From the IMG/VR virus record IMGVR_UViG_3300019487_000065, positions 1-35,741 of that record: DNA of 35,741 bases, one strand, 5' to 3'. Origin of the DNA: a virus. The stretch's first letter is position 1. Every line of letters begins with the position of its first letter. Under the pieces are notes generated by a model. That model had not been told where the DNA came from, ran no database searches, and worked only from the letters and a program-made list of their open reading frames with translations. Made by a program: the position numbers and the translations under genes. Below, in pieces: positions 16,170 through 22,998 of the stretch.

Positions 16170-17144
16170 CTAGTACTCCGAGTCGTCGTCGATGTCGTAG
16201 CCGCCGCTGTGTGGACGCTGGCGCGCGTGCGCACGCGGCACGGAGTGCCCGCCGCGATGCTTGCGGTAGATTACGTACCCGACGCCGCCCGCGACCGCGA
16301 GCACGCTGAGCACAGCAACCGTGCTGATCACGACAGGCGAGATCGGCTTGATCGGGGTTGGCCGACCTTCTTTGGCGGCCTTGAGAACGTCCTTCGCAGC
16401 GGCGATGCATTGCAGCCGCACGGTCTGATCGTCCGATGTACCGATGCACATGTCGCGCGTCGACACGAACAGGTCGCGGTCGCTCTGCACCTCTGCGACG
16501 CGCTGCTTGGCCTGCTCGGTGATCGCTTGATTTGCAGCGGCCGTATCGCTCGTCTGGAGAATCTTCGCGACGACGATCACTGCTGTTGCAATGACAGCAA
16601 GGCCGAGCAGGAAGAAGAGCGCGAGCGTCGGGAACGCGCCCAGTTGTCCGGCCGAGAGGTAACCCGCGAAGCCGCTGTTCTGGTAGCCCGAGAGCGACGT
16701 CGTGATCTCTTTGCCGACGATGCCGTACCGAATCTTGATCGTAGACGCTGGAACGCCGGCACCGAACCATGCGCCCAGCCCCGAAGGTGCCGGCAGATCG
16801 AACGTCGGGACCGCGATCGGCTGCGCATTCGGATCGGGCAGGTCGCTGGTGGGCGTCTGTGCGCGTGCCTGCAGCCAAATCTTGGTCGCTTCCATGAAGC
16901 TGCCGACCGCCGCGTTGTAGTTCCTCATCAGCGTGAGCAGCGGCGCCGGAATGTCCTGACCTGCCGTCTGGAGCGTAACGAGGTCGGGCAGCAACTGTGC
17001 GAACGTTGTGCGCAGCTGCGTCTCGGCTTGCGCGAGCGTGAGTCCCTGATTGGTGAGGCGCGGTACCTGCGCTTCTTCAGCGGGCGTAGCCGTAACCTGC
17101 CCGAGCTGCAGACGGCCGAACGAGGACGACGACGCGATGAGCAT
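16170..17144 (-). CDS. two-pass membrane protein
   Basis: 324 aa. N-terminus MLIASSSSFGRLQ. TM1 is FPTLALFFLLGLAVIATAVIVVA. A Cys-containing loop follows, then TM2 VVISTVAVLSVLAVAGGVGYVIY and a basic tail. First gene of the antisense island. Confidence 0.65.
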   Translation of the reverse strand: MLIASSSSFGRLQLGQVTATPAEEAQVPRLTNQGLTLAQAETQLRTTFAQLLPDLVTLQTAGQDIPAPLLTLMRNYNAAVGSFMEATKIWLQARAQTPTSDLPDPNAQPIAVPTFDLPAPSGLGAWFGAGVPASTIKIRYGIVGKEITTSLSGYQNSGFAGYLSAGQLGAFPTLALFFLLGLAVIATAVIVVAKILQTSDTAAANQAITEQAKQRVAEVQSDRDLFVSTRDMCIGTSDDQTVRLQCIAAAKDVLKAAKEGRPTPIKPISPVVISTVAVLSVLAVAGGVGYVIYRKHRGGHSVPRAHARQRPHSGGYDIDDDSEY

Positions 17145-17162
17145 GGGGCCTAGTAAACCATC

Positions 17163-17178
17163 GATCGCGCGAGCGATC
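17163..17178. promoter_or_regulatory. 16-bp palindromic motif, copy 3 (GATCGCGCGAGCGATC, reverse complement of copies 1 and 2)
   Basis: Located in the 59-nt divergent region between 16170-17144 (-) and 17204-17869 (+), 18 nt from the former ATG and 25 nt from the latter. Confidence 0.7.
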
Positions 17179-17203
17179 CAGGGATCGTGTTACGGTTACG
17201 GCC

Positions 17204-17869
17204 ATGCAGACAGCCGCACTTGCCGCGTACATCGTGAGCCGCAAGATGAAGTTCGCGGGCGCACCCATGACGCTCGCGAAGATCCTGAAGATGTGGCAGC
17301 TGCCGCACGACGGTGGTGAAACGATCAACGGCGCGGCGCTCGACGGTGTAGCCCGCTACTGCAAGATGAGCGTCGGCGAGCTGTCCGCAGCGGTCGAGGC
17401 CACGCTGTCGCCGTCCGCGGCGCCGAAGTCGTTGCCGCCCATGCCGCCACCTGCGCCGATCCAGCCTACGACGTTCGCGACGGTGATGATCCCGCCGATC
17501 GCAGCGCCACCGGCACCGTCGGCTGAGCCAGAACCGCAGCCGCCCGCGCCGCAGCCGCCCGCGCCGCAGGCGCCCGAGGAACTGCTCGTGATTGAGACCT
17601 CGAAGCCGGCGCCGGATCCGACGGCCGTTATGCCGCAAGATCAGCTCGGCGATCTGGTCGCTGCATCGCGCAAGTCGAGTCCGGTTATCGAAGCGCCTGT
17701 GGTCGAGGCCGGAGACGACAGCGAGAACGACGCGGACATCGAAGTTTCGTTCGACGAGGTCGAGATGACACCGGCTCCCGAGGTGGCGTTGGTTGCTGCG
17801 CCGGTCGACGCGAAATCGTCAGATGCGAAGTCGACGAAATCGAAGAACAAGCGCAAGAAGAAAAGCTGA
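17204..17869 (+). CDS. hypothetical protein with Pro/Ala-rich low-complexity centre and Lys-rich tail
   Basis: 221 aa with G/C-rich third positions. TACGGT lies 7 nt upstream of the ATG and there is no SD. Contains PAPSAEPEPQPPAPQPPAPQAPEE. Confidence 0.65.
   Translation: MQTAALAAYIVSRKMKFAGAPMTLAKILKMWQLPHDGGETINGAALDGVARYCKMSVGELSAAVEATLSPSAAPKSLPPMPPPAPIQPTTFATVMIPPIAAPPAPSAEPEPQPPAPQPPAPQAPEELLVIETSKPAPDPTAVMPQDQLGDLVAASRKSSPVIEAPVVEAGDDSENDADIEVSFDEVEMTPAPEVALVAAPVDAKSSDAKSTKSKNKRKKKS
17534..17575 (+). repeat. 15-nt tandem repeat ccgcagccgcccgcg, 2 exact units plus a 12-nt partial
   Basis: 17534-17548 and 17549-17563 are identical. 17564-17575 is ccgcaggcgccc. The repeat encodes PQPPA-PQPPA-PQAP inside the CDS. 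Confidence 0.85.
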
Positions 17870-17899
17870 CCGGCGAGCGTCTGCTCGCTACGGTTGGGG

Positions 17900-18346
17900 A
17901 TGTCGTACCTGGTCCATCTCGCGTATTTTCGTCCGTCTGGGCGATTCTTGGCGTACGCGAGCACATCGATCGCGCGTGACACGCTCATCGACATTTGGGC
18001 TGAGATCGTCGAGATGCGCCGCATCGGTGAGCTGCCGGGGCTGCGGCCGAAGGCCGGACGCGACCTGTTGATCCTCGTCGATGTTGCGAACCACCCGGAG
18101 CGCCGTCTGCACCTGATCATCCCACCGTTCGTCAACGATGACGACATCACGCCGATCCGTGTGCCGGTACTCGCGCGCGGTCACAAAGACCACAGTGCGC
18201 CGGTTGTCCGGATCCCGCTCGATGAGTTGCCGGTCGGCCGTACGACGACGCGCGATGTGATCCGGCCCGAGAACGACGACGAAAAGACGCCGGTCGACCG
18301 ACCACCAGCTGCGCCGAAGCCGTTGCCGCCACCCGACGAGGAGTAG
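17900..18346 (+). CDS. hypothetical protein
   Basis: ATG 17900 (the track uses TTG 17894). 148 aa with a Pro-rich C-terminus. The stop shares a base with the next GTG start. Confidence 0.55.
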   Translation: MSYLVHLAYFRPSGRFLAYASTSIARDTLIDIWAEIVEMRRIGELPGLRPKAGRDLLILVDVANHPERRLHLIIPPFVNDDDITPIRVPVLARGHKDHSAPVVRIPLDELPVGRTTTRDVIRPENDDEKTPVDRPPAAPKPLPPPDEE

Positions 18347-18672
18347 TGCTATCGTCGGGCGTGGCGTTGCTCTACGACGCGAACGGCCGCGAGATCCTCG
18401 ACGGTATCTTGAAGGACGACATCATCGCGGCGATCCAGGCTGCAGGAATCGCGAACGAGTTCAGCGTCGCGCAGGAGATCGCAGATCGTCACGGCTGGAC
18501 GGGGCTTTGCTTGCGCTGTGCGATCAAAGCAGCGACGACGGGGCACTACGATCGGAGTGGTGGGCCGTGGCGCGTGTGCATCACGTGCTACCACGAGCTG
18601 GAAGCAGCGCAGCCGAGCTTCAGCGACGTGAAGCTCTACACGAGCGGCTTGATCAAGCGCGACGTGCAATAG
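18346..18672 (+). CDS. small CxxC protein, member of the in-window paralogue family
   Basis: GTG start overlapping the upstream TAG by 1 nt. IIAAIQAAGIANEFSVAQEIADRH followed by CLRC ... CITC. Confidence 0.6.
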   Translation: MLSSGVALLYDANGREILDGILKDDIIAAIQAAGIANEFSVAQEIADRHGWTGLCLRCAIKAATTGHYDRSGGPWRVCITCYHELEAAQPSFSDVKLYTSGLIKRDVQ

Positions 18673-18716
18673 CAGTAGCTCTCGACAAGCGCGCGTGTCG
18701 CGCTCACGATGCGGGC

Positions 18717-19463
18717 ATGACACGCGCGTATCGCTCGCCGCTGACCGGCGATGTCTGGGAAGACCCGCGGCCAGCTATCGGCACGATGGCGGGACTCGCG
18801 AACTACCTCAACGAACGACGTCCGCGGCGCAAGCCGCCCGAGGGTCAGGACGCGGCGATCGCTCTCGCGACTGAAGCCGCCGCGGGGCTTGCTGGCATCC
18901 CGCGCATCGCGCGGTTTGGGCCCGAAGGCCTCGAACTCGGTGCGGTGATCTCCGACGCGTACTGGAAGGCGAAAGAGGCGAAGGCGAAACTGACACGGCT
19001 CGTCGACGATGGACTGTTTCTGCAGCGGCAGCAGTGGTGGGGCCGGGAGTGGCAACGGCGCCGCGAAGGCGGCCCTGAGAGCTTCGACAGCTATCAGTTC
19101 GATCGGTATCTCGGTGAGGATGTCTCACCATCAACACGCGCCGCGCGAGCAGCCTGGTACGCCGCCAACATGGCCGAGAAGTTCGCTGGGGGCAGCGACA
19201 TCGCGCTGGAGCCGCCGACGGCGAACTACTACAGCGGCTGCTACGCCCACGATGCGATCCTGGGCGTGCTGGCGGAAGTCGACCAGGCAGGCACGTCGCG
19301 CGAGCAGGCAAGCGCTGTGGAGCGCGTGTGGCGCTTCGTGGTGGCCGCTGGGCGCATGCCGGTGCCGGGGGTCGACGATGACCTGCTGGCGGCGTTCGAA
19401 GCAGCGCTGATCGCGGGCGAGAACGCGTTCGCGAACAATCTCGCGCGCGATGGCTACGCGTAG
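18717..19463 (+). CDS. hypothetical protein
   Basis: ATG 18717 (the track start 18507 overlaps the previous gene in another frame). 248 aa. The C-terminus LLAAFEAALIAGENAFANNLARDGYA carries the family helical motif. Confidence 0.6.
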   Translation: MTRAYRSPLTGDVWEDPRPAIGTMAGLANYLNERRPRRKPPEGQDAAIALATEAAAGLAGIPRIARFGPEGLELGAVISDAYWKAKEAKAKLTRLVDDGLFLQRQQWWGREWQRRREGGPESFDSYQFDRYLGEDVSPSTRAARAAWYAANMAEKFAGGSDIALEPPTANYYSGCYAHDAILGVLAEVDQAGTSREQASAVERVWRFVVAAGRMPVPGVDDDLLAAFEAALIAGENAFANNLARDGYA

Positions 19464-19872
19464 ACGGCGTATAAACCCTTGATCTCTCGTCCGAGCGCTC
19501 GAATGTAGGCGCGCCTACGTTCTGGAGTGCTACCAGCGTCCAGGTAGTTACTGACGCACTTGGTAGCTTACGCTACCAAACCAGTTGCTTTCTCCGGCCT
19601 AGTTCCAGGCTAGTGCGCATCAATTTTCTATCTAAATATATAAATAATCTATTCATACTCTCTTGGAACTAGGGGGAAGAATCCCTGATGGTATGTTCGG
19701 GAGATCTTTCGTGGTTCATTGGCTATACCAATTCGATTGACCGGAGATCGGCCCAGCTACACCGCTTAAACAACCTGGAACTTGGATCCGATCGACATCC
19801 AATCACGTACGATCTGACCGTGATCGTGCACGATCGTTGACGCATACACGCAAATCCGATACGACCTGGAGA
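19464..19872. promoter_or_regulatory. 409-nt non-coding hub with AT-rich core, palindromes and repeated TGGAACT elements
   Basis: This is the largest gap in the window. It contains a 14-bp palindrome (19505-19518) and an 8-bp-stem hairpin (19560-19579). Inverted 12-mers (19598-19609 and 19662-19673) flank the very AT-rich segment 19610-19661. A third copy of the element lies at 19774-19782 and a second 14-bp palindrome at 19822-19835. Confidence 0.7.
19837..19865 (+). promoter_or_regulatory. candidate promoter TTGACG-N17-TACGAC for the RHH-AP2 gene (near-leaderless)
   Basis: The -35 is at 19837-19842 and the -10 at 19860-19865, with ATG 7 nt after the -10. The palindrome GATCGTGCACGATC ends one nt upstream of the -35. 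Confidence 0.45.
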
Positions 19873-20523
19873 ATGTCGAAGCGGCCGTGGAAGGAGTCTA
19901 AGCTGGTAATTTCGTTACCGGATGACATCCTTGCGGAGTACGTCGACGAAGCGACGCAGCTATATACGTCGAAACAGGATCTTATACGTCAGATCTTGAT
20001 CGACCGTAAGCGCCGTCCGCAGCTGGACGTTGAAGCACCTACAGCACCACAGAGTGCCCGTTCAACGCGAAGCGGTTTCAAAGGCGTCTACGCGTACGGC
20101 AAGCGCTGGGAAGCTGTTGCGTACGTCAACCGCCGACGTACCCGCCTGGGGGTCTTCGACACGCCAGAGGGTGCTGCACGTGCCTATGACCTACACGTGA
20201 TCAGTAACGCAGGCGGTGACCCAAACGCGGCCGTCAACTTTCCCGGACCGGCCGACATCGCTGCGCAGACGAATGCGCCGTACATTGAGCAGTTCGCGAG
20301 CGGTGGACGACTCAGCGATCTCGATTGGCAGCGGTGGCAGCAACAGGCACCGGCCGCTGCCGCAGTCGATGCGCCGTTGAGTGTCCGTCCCGAGGGAGCC
20401 GGACCGCCGATCGATGCGACGACGCCACTGATCGATCGACCCGCGAAGTCACTCTACCGGCGGGAGCCGACACCGACACCGCGTCCGGATCCCGAGCCCG
20501 ACGACGACGAGAACCTGTCGTGA
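19873..20523 (+). CDS. ribbon-helix-helix plus AP2-domain DNA-binding protein
   Basis: ATG 19873. KLVISLPDDILAEYVDEATQLYTSKQDLIRQILID is CopG/Arc-like RHH. SGFKGVYAYGKRWEAVAYVNRRRTRLGVFDTPEGAARAYD ... AVNFP is an AP2/ERF-type domain. The tail is Pro-rich. Confidence 0.7.
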   Translation: MSKRPWKESKLVISLPDDILAEYVDEATQLYTSKQDLIRQILIDRKRRPQLDVEAPTAPQSARSTRSGFKGVYAYGKRWEAVAYVNRRRTRLGVFDTPEGAARAYDLHVISNAGGDPNAAVNFPGPADIAAQTNAPYIEQFASGGRLSDLDWQRWQQQAPAAAAVDAPLSVRPEGAGPPIDATTPLIDRPAKSLYRREPTPTPRPDPEPDDDENLS

Positions 20524-20870
20524 GCAACCGACGTGACGGCCTCAGGCCCGGCGAGGTCGCCCACGCCAAGCGCGTCGCGAAAGTGATCGGTCAGCATGTG
20601 CAGCCGAAGACGCCGCGCGCCATCCGCAACGTAATCGTCCGGCTCAAGGCACATCAGCTCCGTTTGCGCGACCTCGATACGCCGAATGGTCACGACGCGC
20701 TCGTAGCCATCATCGAGACGATGACGCGCAAAGAGCTGAACGAGGCGACACCAGCGCTCGGGAAGCTGTGGGAGTTGACTGCATCGCGCGCGATTCAGTG
20801 CATGGGAACTGACCGCTTACGTCCGCTGCCGGCGCCGTTGAACATTCAAATCGCTCGGTACCAGCGATGA
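20520..20870 (+). CDS. hypothetical protein
   Basis: GTG 20520 forms a GTGA overlap (the track start 20325 is off-frame relative to the upstream gene). 116 aa. Confidence 0.55.
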   Translation: MSNRRDGLRPGEVAHAKRVAKVIGQHVQPKTPRAIRNVIVRLKAHQLRLRDLDTPNGHDALVAIIETMTRKELNEATPALGKLWELTASRAIQCMGTDRLRPLPAPLNIQIARYQR

Positions 20871-21208
20871 GCTGGATCACGACGTCAAGTGCGTTCGCCG
20901 ACCAGCGTGTGCACCAACACCGACGTGATCACGTGTTCCCCGACGGCGTCGTACTCGGTGATGTACTCGACGCGATTGCGGCAGCCGGCGTCGTCGGCGA
21001 CTACCGACTCGCGCAGCAGCTCTCGGTGCAATACGCGCTCGATGTTTGCGTACGTTGCGCGCGGCACTTCATCGACATCGAGCACCGAACCGGCGAGAAC
21101 AACACGCGCACGCCACTCTCGGACATCGGCATCACGTCGAGCTGGGGAAGTGTTTGCTCGCTGTGCAAGCTGACGCTGCTCGCGTACGGCGTCACGCAGC
21201 GCTACTGA
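20867..21208 (+). CDS. small CxxC protein, member of the in-window paralogue family
   Basis: ATGA overlap upstream. VLDAIAAAGVVGDYRLAQQLSVQY followed by CVRC ... CSLC. Confidence 0.6.
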   Translation: MSWITTSSAFADQRVHQHRRDHVFPDGVVLGDVLDAIAAAGVVGDYRLAQQLSVQYALDVCVRCARHFIDIEHRTGENNTRTPLSDIGITSSWGSVCSLCKLTLLAYGVTQRY

Positions 21209-21299
21209 ACGCAGAACGAGACCGCCCGGTCGTTCGCTGCGAAGCCGTCACCGGCCACGCGCTCAAGCCTACAAGGGCAGTCTCGGGAAAGCTGTGTGG

Positions 21300-21349
21300 C
21301 CCCGTCAGGGCGGCGCGGCTAGGGGACCGGACCTTTCCACCTGACGGGG
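21300..21349. terminator. 10-bp inverted repeat (CCCCGTCAGG / CCTGACGGGG) with 30-nt loop at the convergent junction
   Basis: 21300-21309 pairs with 21340-21349. It lies between the converging + (ends 21208) and - (ends 21447) operons. Only a weak T tract (GCTTTG) follows, so terminator function is uncertain. Confidence 0.3.
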
Positions 21350-21446
21350 GCTTTGTCGAGCAGAGAGCACGACGCTGGAGCTACAGCGCCGCCGACTCTC
21401 TACGTGTACCGAGCAGCGAAACCGCTGTCAACGCCTACGTATACGT

Positions 21447-21956
21447 CTACGTCGACGCGTCGGGCGCGTTACCTTCGTCGGTCTTCTCGACGGCCGCGTT
21501 CCGTTTCGCGTCGTACGCATCGTGAACCGCTTGTGCCTCAGGCGTCTTCGGACCGAAGTCGGCTGCTGTCGCCATCGTCACGACCTTGTTCTTGTCGCGC
21601 TCCTTGCGCATCGCTTCCATGCTCGCGGCGAGCTGAGCGAAGTAGCGCAGCTCGGGCGGCAATTCGGCAACGTGCTGGTCGATGCCTGGGATCTTCTCGA
21701 TCGCATCAGCGATCTTCACGAGCGCTTCATGTGGCCAGCCTGCTACCGTCGCGGGATCCAGGTTGCCGACGGCGAACTGCACAATCTTGATCGTGTCGTG
21801 AACCGTCTCGTGGAGCAGCTTCGCGACTGCATCGTCACCGAGCTGCGCCGCCGCGAGCTTCTGCTCCAGCTCGTAGTTCTTGTTTTGCGTCGTGCGAAGA
21901 TCTTCGCGGAGCTTGTTGTAGTCGGAGTACTTGACGCTGACGGTGGGCTCGTCCAT
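21447..21956 (-). CDS. hypothetical protein
   Basis: ATG 21956 (MDEPTVSV) has TACGGT 6 nt upstream and no SD, the leaderless pattern seen elsewhere. The track start, GTG 21971, is the alternative. Confidence 0.6.
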   Translation of the reverse strand: MDEPTVSVKYSDYNKLREDLRTTQNKNYELEQKLAAAQLGDDAVAKLLHETVHDTIKIVQFAVGNLDPATVAGWPHEALVKIADAIEKIPGIDQHVAELPPELRYFAQLAASMEAMRKERDKNKVVTMATAADFGPKTPEAQAVHDAYDAKRNAAVEKTDEGNAPDAST

Positions 21957-21998
21957 GCGAGGACCGTACACGAGTCAAGAGCAGGTCCGCAACGACTG

Positions 21999-22340
21999 CT
22001 ACGCCGCGCGAACTTCAAGAATCGACATCGAGACGCCGATGCTCTTGCCAGCGATGATGAGCTGCTGCACGCCGTCGTTGCTCTCGAATTTTGCCGTGAG
22101 TTGGGCGCGGCCAATGCCACCAGGCACGACGACGGCTGTGAGCTTGCCGGTCAATGCTGCCCACGCTTCGGGTGTCGATGCCTTCTCGAACACGTGCTTG
22201 AACCCGACCAGCTTGAGCGTGTCGCAGTCGGCCATCAACTCCTCGCGCGTGCGTGCAGTAAGCACGTTACCAGCTTCGGAACAGAAGCAATCGTAGGTGA
22301 GCAGCTTTGGATTTCGCTTCAGTGTCAACGCGGCGGGCAT
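21999..22340 (-). CDS. hypothetical protein
   Basis: 113-aa ORF with G/C-rich third positions. No domain recognised. Confidence 0.55.
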   Translation of the reverse strand: MPAALTLKRNPKLLTYDCFCSEAGNVLTARTREELMADCDTLKLVGFKHVFEKASTPEAWAALTGKLTAVVVPGGIGRAQLTAKFESNDGVQQLIIAGKSIGVSMSILEVRAA

Positions 22341-22378
22341 GCGAGCAGTCTACCATCAGATCGCGCACGCGATCGTCA

Positions 22379-22879
22379 TCACGAAATCGACTCGCGGTAG
22401 CAACGGTCGCAGTTGCCGGCGCCGTCAAGCGGGAACCAGCACACCGAGCAATGCGGGACGTCGGGCTTCGTGCGCCAACCCTCTGGCAGACCGTTCGCTT
22501 TCACAGTGCAGTATTCGCCGTGCGGTTCGCCCTTGGGCTGCTTGCAGTGCACGCAGAACAATAGCGGCGGCGGGTCTGTGAACTGTGATGGGCCGACGGG
22601 TTCAGGTAGACCAACGGGCTCGGGGACTATCGGCGCACGTGATCCGAGTGTCGCCTGGATGCTGTCGCCCGCCGGAATGTGCCCGCACACGTAGCCGACT
22701 TTGTTTTTCAGGTAGTCGATCGTGATGCGTGCCCAGCCGAGTAGCTGCGGAACGTCCGAGATTCGGATCGAATCGCGTCCGTTCTTGATCGGACAGATCC
22801 CACAGCAGAACTCGCCTTGGTCATCGATGTACCGGGCTGTATTGCCGCACGTGCACTTCAGCTCGACGTTGAGGTTCAT
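22379..22879 (-). CDS. Cys-rich multi-zinc-ribbon protein
   Basis: ATG 22879 (MNLNVELKCTCG) overlaps the upstream small ORF stop (ATGA). RYIDDQGEFCCGIC matches RYIDADGEFCCMRC of 8735-9127. It also has CVHC ... C and CSVC ... CDRC. Confidence 0.6.
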   Translation of the reverse strand: MNLNVELKCTCGNTARYIDDQGEFCCGICPIKNGRDSIRISDVPQLLGWARITIDYLKNKVGYVCGHIPAGDSIQATLGSRAPIVPEPVGLPEPVGPSQFTDPPPLLFCVHCKQPKGEPHGEYCTVKANGLPEGWRTKPDVPHCSVCWFPLDGAGNCDRCYRESIS

Positions 22880-22998
22880 GAGATTGCGTGATGCAGCCAC
22901 ACGCACACGATGATCGCAAGAATGATCATCGTGAGCCACCACGGGAACATGAACCCCACGCCGATCTCGAAATCCAAATCGCTATCGTCGTCGGTCAT
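22876..22998 (-). CDS. 40-aa single-TM peptide (below the ORF-track size cutoff)
   Basis: My own translation is MTDDDSDLDFEIGVGFMFPWWLTMIILAIIVCVWLHHAIS. ATGA overlaps at both ends link it to 22995-23252 and 22379-22879. Confidence 0.45.
   Translation of the reverse strand: MTDDDSDLDFEIGVGFMFPWWLTMIILAIIVCVWLHHAIS

Noticed and set aside
21699-21714. GATCGC-ATCA-GCGATC, which resembles the 16-bp palindrome family.
   Set aside because: It lies inside a CDS, encoding IADAI. This shows that the half-sites GATCGC/GCGATC arise from codon usage, so only the exact 16-mers in intergenic DNA are treated as meaningful.
21973-21983. The third copy of the 11-mer as the -35 of a promoter for 21447-21956.
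   Set aside because: TTGACT is only 4-5 nt from the TACGGT hexamer and 16 nt from the ATG, which is incompatible with -35/-10 geometry. It is kept only as a motif copy.
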